This document shows positions 37,760 to 45,633 of a stretch of DNA of 64,000 nucleotides, piece after piece; the first letter of the stretch is position 1; each line of letters starts with the position of its first letter. The notes under the pieces were generated by a model. It searched no databases, had not been told where the DNA came from, and saw only the letters and a program-made list of their open reading frames with translations. The position numbers and the translations under genes were made by a program. The stretch is taken from NCBI GenBank assembly GCA_015659035.1, contig DQNS01000112.1, positions 598 through 64,597 on the forward strand, read 5' to 3'. The stretch is from Acidobacteriota bacterium. GTDB lineage: Bacteria; Acidobacteriota; Vicinamibacteria; Vicinamibacterales; UBA8438.

Positions 37760-38375
37760 GGCGCCCTCCTGCTTGGAGCTGCGCGCGCAGCTGTTGGCGG
37801 GCTCCATGCAGCCGCGACATCACCGTGCCGATCGGAATGTCCAGCACCTGGGCAATGTCGCTGTATGACAGGTCGTGAAAGTCGCGCAGCACGATGATCT
37901 CGCGCTTTGCGGCCGGGAGCGCCGCGAGAGCGCGCCAGACACGTTGCTTGAGCTCGCGGCGGCGCAGGTCAGCTTCCGGGTTCGCGGTCAGGTCCACCAG
38001 CTGGCGCGTCAGTGCCTCACCTGCTTCGCTGAGCCCGTCTCCGGGGCGACGCTGCCGGCGGCGCCACAAGTCGCGCACCTGATTGCGGACAATCGTGAAC
38101 AACCAGGGCTGCACCCGTCGCTCACGGTCGAACGTGCCAAGCGAGGCGAAGAAGCGCAACATCGCTTCCTGGGCCACATCCATCGCGTCGTCTCGATTCC
38201 CCAGCAGTTGCAGCGCCAGCAGATACGCGGCCTGGCGATGCCGCTGAGCCAGGGTCTCGGTGGCCTCGCGCCGGCCGGCCAGAGCCTGGTCGACCAGTTC
38301 CTGGTCCGACCCGCCGGCGTCGCCGGCAAATGTCGCCAGCCCAGGACTCTCGACCATGACGTGGCTCACTACCAC
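37752..38375 (-). CDS. ECF-type RNA polymerase sigma factor
   Basis: Region 2 is DDAMDVAQEAMLRFF and region 4 is LRDFHDLSYSDIAQVLDIPIGTVMSRLHGARQQL. The true start may be ATG 38357. Confidence 0.85.
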   Translation of the reverse strand: MVVSHVMVESPGLATFAGDAGGSDQELVDQALAGRREATETLAQRHRQAAYLLALQLLGNRDDAMDVAQEAMLRFFASLGTFDRERRVQPWLFTIVRNQVRDLWRRRQRRPGDGLSEAGEALTRQLVDLTANPEADLRRRELKQRVWRALAALPAAKREIIVLRDFHDLSYSDIAQVLDIPIGTVMSRLHGARQQLRAQLQAGGRHA

Positions 38376-38627
38376 CTTCTACGCAGCTGCCGGCAGGATA
38401 TTCACCCACCCGCGATCAATATCTCCAGCCCGACGAGACCAGAAGCCGACGCCCGTAGCGAGCCGCACCGGATTCGTCGAGACCATCCCGGACGTGCCGG
38501 ACACGGGTCTCCAGCCTCCGCGCTCTCAGCGCGTTCGCGCAGTGCACTGAATTGCATTCCTACCAGCGCCCTGTTTGACCCAGGATTGCACTGAAAATGA
38601 TCGACAGGGCTGTCGAATGCCTGGGCG

Positions 38628-38885
38628 ATGTCCCGATACAACCCGGTGATGCTCTGGTTCTTCAACGGTATCTCAGGACTGCCACGATTCATCGGCATCC
38701 ACTGCGACCGACGCCCGGATGCCTATCAGCTGGTGGTGCTGTATCCGGATGGTTCCGAAGAGTCCGAGCGCTTCAACGACTCGTCGGAGTTGCTCGATGC
38801 GGCGAAGAAGCTGGGCAAGGATCTGGGTAGCCTCGGCTGGGAGCCCTGCCCCACGGCCACCACGGTCGCACGCCGCGAGAGCTGA
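38628..38885 (+). CDS. small hypothetical protein
   Basis: A track ORF in an AT-richer patch. It has no recognisable domain and its coding status is uncertain. Confidence 0.3.
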   Translation: MSRYNPVMLWFFNGISGLPRFIGIHCDRRPDAYQLVVLYPDGSEESERFNDSSELLDAAKKLGKDLGSLGWEPCPTATTVARRES

Positions 38886-38890
38886 ACAAC

Positions 38891-39139
38891 CTAGATCTGA
38901 GCCTCGCCGCGACAGCGTACGACCAGCACGGTGATGTCGTCGCCCTGCGGTTCGCCCACGGTGAAGTCGCGAACCGCGGTCATGACCTGCGTGACCAGTT
39001 CGCCGGGCTCGATGTCCCTCGGGGACGCCTGCACGCACTCGAGAATCCGCTCGTCGCCGAACTCGGTACCCTCCGCGTTCGATGCCTCCGACACCTCGTC
39101 GCTGAACGTGACCAGCGGTGGGCGGATTTTCGGTCCGTG
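38891..39139 (-). pseudogene. orphan C-terminal fragment of a PP2C/SpoIIE-type phosphatase
   Basis: The frame after a TGA reads HGPKIRPPLVTFSDEVSEASNAEGTEFGDERILE...GDDITVLVVRCR, which matches the last third of SpoIIE/RsbU domains. No N-terminal part is present. Confidence 0.55.
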
Positions 39140-39224
39140 TCACACTGACGATGACCGTACACTTGGGTTGGCGCAGATCCCCTCGAGTAGCCCTGTCTGC
39201 CGGACGTCTGCATGGTGTTACCCC

Positions 39225-40106
39225 ATGAACGTGTTCCTGATCGACGGCACCTACGAGCTGTTCAGGCACTTCTATGCGGTGCCGTCGACGACCGACGTCA
39301 ACGGTTTGGAGGTGGGGGCGGTCCGTGGTGTGGTCGGCTCGGTGCTGAGAATGCTCGAGGACGACGTGACGCACATCGGCGTGGCGACCGACCACGTCAT
39401 CGAGTCGTTCCGTAACGCGCTCTGGCCCGGCTACAAGACCGGCGAGGGCATCGACCCGGCGCTGTTCGCGCAGTTTCATCCCCTGGAGGAGGCGCTCGAG
39501 GCGCTCGGTGTCGTGGTCTGGCCGATGACGGACCTCGAAGCGGACGACGGACTGGCGTCGGCCGCGGCGAAGGCCAGCGCCGACCCTCGTGTCGAACAGG
39601 TGTTCATCTGCACACCGGACAAGGACCTGGCGCAGTGTGTCACGGGTCGGCGAGTCGTCCAGTTCGACCGGCGTGCGGGGTCGCTCCGGGACGACGCCGG
39701 CGTGCTGGCGAAGTTCGGTGTGCCGCCGGCCTCGATCCCCGACTACCTGGCGCTGGTCGGCGACACGGCCGACGGGTTCCCGGGGCTACGGGGATGGGGC
39801 GCCAAGTCGACGGCGCTCGTGCTCGGCCGCTATCTCCATCTCGAAGCGATTCCCGACGATGCGGCGGCGTGGGACGTCGAGGTGCGGGGCGCCAGCCGTC
39901 TGGCTGCCGAGCTCGCGACGCACCGCGACCTGGCCGCCCGGTTTCGCGACCTCGCGACGTTGCGCACCACCGCCGCGATCTTCGAGACGGTTGACGACCT
40001 GCGGTGGACCGGCCCGCGTCCCGTTTTCTTCGAGGTGTGCGCGCGGCTCAATACCGCAGACTTCTTCAAACGGGCGCAGGCCCTCGCGGGCTCACGCGCA
40101 TCGTGA
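39225..40106 (+). CDS. 5'-3' exonuclease / flap endonuclease (Pol I N-terminal-like)
   Basis: MNVFLIDGTYELFRHFYA, EADDGLAS, and an H3TH segment (YLALVGDTADGFPGLRGWGAKSTA). Confidence 0.85.
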   Translation: MNVFLIDGTYELFRHFYAVPSTTDVNGLEVGAVRGVVGSVLRMLEDDVTHIGVATDHVIESFRNALWPGYKTGEGIDPALFAQFHPLEEALEALGVVVWPMTDLEADDGLASAAAKASADPRVEQVFICTPDKDLAQCVTGRRVVQFDRRAGSLRDDAGVLAKFGVPPASIPDYLALVGDTADGFPGLRGWGAKSTALVLGRYLHLEAIPDDAAAWDVEVRGASRLAAELATHRDLAARFRDLATLRTTAAIFETVDDLRWTGPRPVFFEVCARLNTADFFKRAQALAGSRAS

Positions 40107-41424
40107 TCGGCGTCGCGGCGCGCAGCGTGATCGACGGGCTGGTGCCCATCCCTTCGCCCGGGAGCCGATCCAGCTCGCACCGTTGCGCGATGGTCGTGAC
40201 GACAAGGACGAGCTCCATCATCGCAAAGCTGTTCCCGATGCACTGACGCGGACCGCCGCCGAACGGGAAGTACGTGAAGGGAGGGCGATCGGCCTCCCGA
40301 GCGGTCTCGAAGCAGCTCGGGTCGAAACCTTCGGGGTTCACCCAGAATCGGGGGTGGCGATGGGTGACATACGGGCTCACCAGCACGATTGAGCCGGCCG
40401 GAATCCGGTATCCGCCGATGATGTCATCCTCGATCGCGCAGCGCGAGATGACCCAGGCCGGTGGATACAACCGCATCGACTCCTTGACGACCCGTTCGAC
40501 ATAGCCGAGCCGCGGCAGATCAGCGACCGTCGGTGTCCGGCCGCTCAGCACCGTGTCTACTTCAGTGTGGAGACGCTGCCGCACCGCTTCGTGCTGCGAG
40601 AGCAGATACCAGGTCCAGCCGAGCGCGATGGCCGTCGTCTCCTGGCCGGCGAGAAACACCGTCATTACCTCGTCGCGCAGCTGCGCGTCGCTCATCCCCT
40701 CGCCCGTGTCTTCGTCCCGCGCCTGCATCAGCATCGACAACAGGTCGTCCGGGTCCGAATCGCCCGCCCGCCGCCCGGCGATGATCTCGAGGATGACGTC
40801 GTCGAGGGTTCGCATCGCGGCGCGGACCCGTCGCCTCGCCGGGGTCGGCCACCACTCGGGCAGCGGGACGATCCGTCCTATCGCGTTGTTGGCCTGCCGC
40901 AGCGTGATGTTGAGGGCCTGCCCGACGCGGTCCGCCTGGTGGCTGACATCGGTGCTGAGCAGCGCCTCACCGACGATGCGCAACGTGAGACGCATCATCT
41001 CGGCCGTGACGTCGACCACGTCGGGTGCCGACGCGGCCAGCCAGCGGTCGACCATCTCGCTAGCGGCCTGAGCCATCGTGCCCCCGAACCCGGCGATCCG
41101 GGTGCGATGAAACGCCGGTTGGGCGATCCGGCGCTGCCGCAGCCAGTGATCGCCCTCGCTCGTGAGCAACCCCTTGCGGAGAAACGCCCGGAGCACTTCG
41201 AAGCCGCGTGTCTGCTTGTTGTAGTTGCCGGTGTGCTCCTGTAGCACCCGGCGCACATCGTTCGGGTGGGCGACCAGCACGAGGTCGCGCGTGAACAGCC
41301 GGAAGCGCACGACGTCGCCAAGCTCCCGGAACCCGCTCATCAACAGATCCAAGGGATCGCGCCGGAACCGCGTCAGACTGCCGAAGGGACCGGAGGCGGC
41401 GTAGGTGGGGATTGCGAGGCTCAC
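40066..41424 (-). CDS. cytochrome P450
   Basis: The haem-binding loop is FGGGPRQCIGNSF, and the I-helix (FLAGQETTA) and EXXR (ESMR) motifs are present. GTG start. Confidence 0.9.
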   Translation of the reverse strand: MSLAIPTYAASGPFGSLTRFRRDPLDLLMSGFRELGDVVRFRLFTRDLVLVAHPNDVRRVLQEHTGNYNKQTRGFEVLRAFLRKGLLTSEGDHWLRQRRIAQPAFHRTRIAGFGGTMAQAASEMVDRWLAASAPDVVDVTAEMMRLTLRIVGEALLSTDVSHQADRVGQALNITLRQANNAIGRIVPLPEWWPTPARRRVRAAMRTLDDVILEIIAGRRAGDSDPDDLLSMLMQARDEDTGEGMSDAQLRDEVMTVFLAGQETTAIALGWTWYLLSQHEAVRQRLHTEVDTVLSGRTPTVADLPRLGYVERVVKESMRLYPPAWVISRCAIEDDIIGGYRIPAGSIVLVSPYVTHRHPRFWVNPEGFDPSCFETAREADRPPFTYFPFGGGPRQCIGNSFAMMELVLVVTTIAQRCELDRLPGEGMGTSPSITLRAATPITMRVSPRGPAPV

Positions 41425-41600
41425 GAGTTCCCGTCGACGAACGCCAGTCGCTTCAGACTGTGCGGTGAACGGATGTTCCGGATGCCGCCGCCCACGCTGA
41501 GGTCGGCCAGCCGCTCGTTACCGCGCGTGAAGATGCCGTCCTCCCCCCGCCAGATTTCGGTGTGGATGCTGACGCGCTTCTGAATGCTGTTCTGTGCCAT
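41421..41600 (-). CDS. small hypothetical protein translationally coupled to the P450 gene
   Basis: MAQNSIQKRVSIHTEIWRGEDGIFTRGNERLADLSVGGGIRNIRSPHSLKRLAFVDGNS. Its TGA overlaps the P450 GTG (GTGA). No recognised domain. Confidence 0.35.
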   Translation of the reverse strand: MAQNSIQKRVSIHTEIWRGEDGIFTRGNERLADLSVGGGIRNIRSPHSLKRLAFVDGNS

Positions 41601-41978
41601 GGCGGTGGGCACCAGCCGCCCCCGAACCAGGCGGGTGGACGGGTGAATTGTAACAGGGGCACCGGTCGGCAACGTCCTGAGAGACAATGGCAGGGATGAA
41701 GCCGGCTTCACGACGCACCGGGTCACCGGGAAGCTCCCCAGACACCGCCCGCCGGTGGGCCACGGCTGGGCCCCCGGCTCGAGGACGACGCGACGACGCG
41801 AGAGCCCCAGTCTGGGGAACTATCTGCTTCGGGGGGTCCTGCTCGGCGGGCTACCGTGACGCGGTGGTGCTGCGTGACGCGTCGGGCGCCGAGCAGGTCG
41901 TTACACTGGATCACAGATGACGCACCACGTGCTTGACAGCGCTCTGTCGCTTCAAGCCCGCCACACGGACACGAATCG

Positions 41979-43238
41979 ATGACGAACAAGCTGCCGTCGT
42001 GGGCCCGCGAGCTGCTCGCACGGAATCCGGAAGCAACCACGCCGACACCCGAGGATCCGATGCCCGCCTGGTTGGAGGCCGAGTTCGCGCGGGTGCCGCT
42101 GTGGGCCCGCATTCGCGGGACCGACGACATTCGCCAGCATCATCCCTATCTCCTGATCGAGGACGTGCGGAGTCAGCCCGACCTGATGCGCCACGTGCTC
42201 GAGCTGCGTTCCGAGCTGGCGGCGTTGGCCCATCGTCTCATCGAGCAAGGCATTCGACACCTCGTCTTCACCGGATGCGGCTCGGCGTTTAACGGTGCGC
42301 AGTTCGGGTCGTTTCTCTGTCGGCAGTGGACCGGATGGACCACCGAGAGTCACGAGTCCCTGGAGTTCACCAACCACTGGGCCCAGGGGCACGAGCCGAC
42401 CGCGGTCATCCTGCAGTCGGCAACCGGTGCCAGCATCGAGACGCTCGACGCCGCCCGACATGCGGCCGACCTCGGCGTGCTGACCGTCTCGATGACCAAC
42501 ACCCAGGGCAGCGTCCTCGAGGAGCTGTGCGACGAAGGTATCTGTTTCCCGACCGGCCAGCGGTGCGGCCCGGACGTGTCGGTGCTGACGACCCGGCTCG
42601 TGTTGCTCTATCTGCTGGCGCTGGAGGTCGGTGTGTCGACCGGTACGCTCAGCGCCCACGAGGCCGACGCGCTCGGCCACGCCATCGGGCAGCTGCCGGA
42701 CGCTGCCGCCCAGTTCCTGCAGGAAGAAGACCTGAACGTCTCGCAGATCGCGAACGCACTGAAGGACCAGCGCGCCTTGATGATGGTCGGCGGTGGGCCG
42801 AACTGGTTCTCCGCCCGCGAAGGGGCGTTGAAGGTCGAGGAAGAGAGCAGCCTGTTGTGCAAGGTGTATCGGCCGGCCGAGTACGCGCACAACGCGATCG
42901 CCCTGCTGTCCGACGAGGTCTCGACCGTCGTGATTGCGCCGCCCGGCAAGGCGTACGCGCGGCTGCATGATGCCGTGCGCACCGCTCGGGCCGCACGGTC
43001 ATCCACCCTGGCGCTGGTCGTCGAGGGCGACGGTGCCATTGCGCCGGACGCCACCTTCGTGATCGCGGTGCCCGAGCCGCTCGGGGAGATGCTGATGCCG
43101 CCGCTGGCGGCCATCGCGTTTCAGCTGCTCGGTTACTATCTCGGCGTCGAGCGTGGCTATGACCCTGACACGCTGCGCACCGACGATCTCGACCACGCCC
43201 GCGCCTGGCTCACCGCGTTTCCGTTCGGGTCGCACTAG
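41979..43238 (+). CDS. double SIS-domain protein (GlmS-isomerase/AgaS/FrlB-like sugar-phosphate isomerase or deglycase)
   Basis: HLVFTGCGSAFNGAQF and ALMMVGGGPNWFSAREGALKVEE are typical SIS segments. Confidence 0.7.
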   Translation: MTNKLPSWARELLARNPEATTPTPEDPMPAWLEAEFARVPLWARIRGTDDIRQHHPYLLIEDVRSQPDLMRHVLELRSELAALAHRLIEQGIRHLVFTGCGSAFNGAQFGSFLCRQWTGWTTESHESLEFTNHWAQGHEPTAVILQSATGASIETLDAARHAADLGVLTVSMTNTQGSVLEELCDEGICFPTGQRCGPDVSVLTTRLVLLYLLALEVGVSTGTLSAHEADALGHAIGQLPDAAAQFLQEEDLNVSQIANALKDQRALMMVGGGPNWFSAREGALKVEEESSLLCKVYRPAEYAHNAIALLSDEVSTVVIAPPGKAYARLHDAVRTARAARSSTLALVVEGDGAIAPDATFVIAVPEPLGEMLMPPLAAIAFQLLGYYLGVERGYDPDTLRTDDLDHARAWLTAFPFGSH

Positions 43239-43258
43239 TGCACTGTCCAGTGCACTAG
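43235..43258. terminator. CTAG-containing perfect palindrome overlapping two convergent stop codons
   Basis: CTAGTGCACTG-TC-CAGTGCACTAG. The TAG of the SIS gene (43236..43238) and the TAG of the minus-strand fragment (43255..43257) both lie in the arms. Confidence 0.6.
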
Positions 43259-43467
43259 CGGTCTTCGAGGGTGCACTCGCCGTAGATCGGGAGCGTCGGG
43301 TCCAGTGCCCGTACCTCGGCGCGCACGGCCGGCAGCATGGCCAGCGGGTCGCCGTCGACCCGCGCCAGCAGCGTCACGCGCGAAGTGTAGCTCGACCCGG
43401 GTTCCCCGGACGGTCTTCTCACTGGTGTGCTGAAGTTCGCACCCAGGAGGGCTCGTGATCTGTCCGG
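43255..43467 (-). pseudogene. orphan fragment of an FtsX/MacB (ADOP-type) ABC permease periplasmic domain
   Basis: The frame between two stops reads ...SGEPGSSYTSRVTLLARVDGDPLAMLPAVRAEVRALDPTLPIYGECTLEDR*, which matches the ...vvRt.gdP..l...vr..v..ldp.lPv... pattern. No TM segments are present. Confidence 0.5.
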
Positions 43468-43728
43468 TCAGCTATAATCAGCAGGTCTGTCAGGATGTTG
43501 TTCCGGATAGGAGGCGTCACGCATGCCGACCCCGCCAAGCCCTTTTGGTACCCTGTTGTTCATCGTTGGAGCGTTACTCCCGTTCGCGGTCGTCCTCGTC
43601 TGCTTCGTCATTGGTCTCGTCAAACGCTGACGACGGCCGACGCCGTCGTCGCTCCCCCCCGTGCCCAGCTCGTCCAGATACTCGAAGCGGTATCGGTCGA
43701 TGATCAGCGCCCCGCAGGTGCCACCAGA

Positions 43729-45444
43729 GTGAGGCGCTCGTCACCGTGGACCAGACGTCTCGCCGGGGCGGCTCTCCTGGTCGCCGGCGCATGCTCCCCG
43801 GCTCCACGGGAGACCCCGGGGATCGACTTTGGTGCGGAACCTCCGCCGATCATCGCGGGGGCCGCCGCGGCGGTGGGCTGGTACGACGACACGGTCGATG
43901 TGCTCGACTACGACCTGGAGGTGTGGCTCCCAGACCCCGGCGAGACACGCATCGAGGGCCGGGCGAGGCTGACGCTCGCGCCCGGACCGGCGGCGGAGGC
44001 CGTGTTCGACTTTACCGGTCTCGCGATCCGCGAGGTGACGGTGGACCGTCGGGAGGCGCAGGTGAGCTACGCCGACGGCATCCTCCGTATCGCGCTCGAT
44101 CCGGGGGGCGCTTCCGGTGGTCCCATGCTCGTCGAGGTCGTCTACGCGGGGACCCCAGACGACGGTCTCATCCTCGGCCAGAACGTCCACGGACGCCCGG
44201 GCGCCTTCGTCGACAACTGGCCCAACCGGGCCCGGTTCTGGTTTCCGTCGGTGGACCATCCCAGCGACAAGGCCACAGCGTCCCTCACCGTCCATGCCCC
44301 GGAGTCATGGGTGGTCGTCGCGAACGGCCGACAGCTCGGTGAGCCGGTGACCGGGGCCGCCGGGACGAGGACATGGCGCTGGAGAACGGATGTCGCGGTC
44401 TCGGCCTACAACCTGGTGTTCGGCGCTGCCGAGATGACGGTCGTGCCGGTCGGTCTGGCCGCCTGCGGAAGAGCCCCCGCGTCACACCGGGACGACGGAT
44501 GTGTGGAAGTGAGCACCTGGCTGTTCGCGGAGGACACGGACCAGGCGTCGATCTCGTTCGGGCGCGCCGCCGACATGGTGGACTTCTACGCGGAGGTGAT
44601 CGGTCCGTACCCGTTCGAAAAGCTGGCCCACGTCCAGTCCGTCACCCGTTTCGGGGGCATGGAGAACGCATCGGCCATCTTCTATTCGGAGCGCCGGCTG
44701 GCGTCCGGGTCGAGCATGGAAGCGACCGTTGCGCACGAGACGGCGCACCAGTGGTTCGGGGCCGCCGTGACCGAGCGGGATTGGACCGAGCTCTGGTTGT
44801 CCGAGGGCTTCGCCACCTACTTCGGGCACCTCTATTTCGAGAGCCGGGACGGCGTGGACGACTTCCGTCGTCGCCTGGACGGGAGCCGGTGGAGCTATCT
44901 GGAGTCGGCCGTGACCGGACGTCCGGTCGCAGCCCGGTACGACGACCTCTTCGACCAGCTCAACCGCAACAACTACGCGAAGGGTGCGTGGGTGCTCCAC
45001 ATGCTCCGGGGGATCATGGGCGACGACGCATTCTTCCGCGGCATTCGCGACTACTATGCGAACCGTGCCGGCACCGCTGTGACGTCCGGGGACTTTGCCT
45101 CTGACATGGCGGGTGCCGACGGCGAGGATCGGGGCTGGTTCTTCGAACAGTGGCTTCACGAGCCCGGGTACCCCGTACTCGACGTCGAGCAGGGGTGGGA
45201 TGCGGCCGCTGGGGAGGTCGCGGTGACCGTGCGACAGGTCCAGGACCCGTCCTGGCCGACCTTCCGGCTGCCGGTGGATCTGGAGATCGTCGACGGGGAA
45301 GGGGGCGCCCAGCGCCACCCGATAGAGCTCACCGAGCGGAGCCACGTGTTCCGTTTCGCCGCCCAGGGCCCGGCACGCTCCGTGCGCGTTGACCCGGACG
45401 GATGGGTGCTGAAGCGGCTAGCTAGCGAGGCCTCGCCTCGCTAG
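43729..45444 (+). CDS. M1 family zinc aminopeptidase (aminopeptidase N-like), probable lipoprotein
   Basis: HETAHQWFG plus WLSEGFATY (HExxH-x18-E), and GMENAS. The GTG start giving VRRSSPWTRRLAGAALLVAGACS is uncertain. Confidence 0.85.
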   Translation: MRRSSPWTRRLAGAALLVAGACSPAPRETPGIDFGAEPPPIIAGAAAAVGWYDDTVDVLDYDLEVWLPDPGETRIEGRARLTLAPGPAAEAVFDFTGLAIREVTVDRREAQVSYADGILRIALDPGGASGGPMLVEVVYAGTPDDGLILGQNVHGRPGAFVDNWPNRARFWFPSVDHPSDKATASLTVHAPESWVVVANGRQLGEPVTGAAGTRTWRWRTDVAVSAYNLVFGAAEMTVVPVGLAACGRAPASHRDDGCVEVSTWLFAEDTDQASISFGRAADMVDFYAEVIGPYPFEKLAHVQSVTRFGGMENASAIFYSERRLASGSSMEATVAHETAHQWFGAAVTERDWTELWLSEGFATYFGHLYFESRDGVDDFRRRLDGSRWSYLESAVTGRPVAARYDDLFDQLNRNNYAKGAWVLHMLRGIMGDDAFFRGIRDYYANRAGTAVTSGDFASDMAGADGEDRGWFFEQWLHEPGYPVLDVEQGWDAAAGEVAVTVRQVQDPSWPTFRLPVDLEIVDGEGGAQRHPIELTERSHVFRFAAQGPARSVRVDPDGWVLKRLASEASPR

Positions 45445-45450
45445 CTAGCC
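45416..45450. terminator. 16-bp perfect inverted repeat with 3-nt loop overlapping the peptidase stop codon
   Basis: GGCTAGCTAGCGAGGC-CTC-GCCTCGCTAGCTAGCC. It contains four CTAG tetranucleotides. Confidence 0.65.
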
Positions 45451-45482
45451 GAGCGTTTCTCACAGCCCGCTACGTGGGGGCC

Positions 45483-45575
45483 AGACTCCTTGAACGGAGG
45501 CTGTCGTGATGAACGTGAAAACAACACGATCAAAACGTGACTCAATTGTCACGATACACGTTGTTCAAGGAGTCT
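45483..45575. repeat. AT-richer 93-bp element bounded by 13-bp perfect inverted repeats
   Basis: AGACTCCTTGAAC (45483..45495) and GTTCAAGGAGTCT (45563..45575). One arm plus flank recurs at 22963..22979. Confidence 0.75.
45512..45540 (+). promoter_or_regulatory. three heptamer direct repeats at exact 11-bp spacing (response-regulator / Pho-box-like architecture)
   Basis: AACGTGA (45512), AACACGA (45523) and AACGTGA (45534). Weaker phased neighbours are CTGTCGT (45501) and ATTGTCA (45545). The array lies 94 nt upstream of the phosphodiesterase ATG. Confidence 0.4.
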
Positions 45576-45633
45576 AGCGGGGGAGGAGATCGGCTGACCA
45601 GGCAATTCCGAATTTCAGGACCGCCAAAGGATC

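Noticed and set aside
41726-41979. A TTGACA hexamer at about 41931, read as the promoter of the SIS gene.
   Set aside because: There is no acceptable -10 element at 16-18 nt spacing, so the evidence is insufficient.
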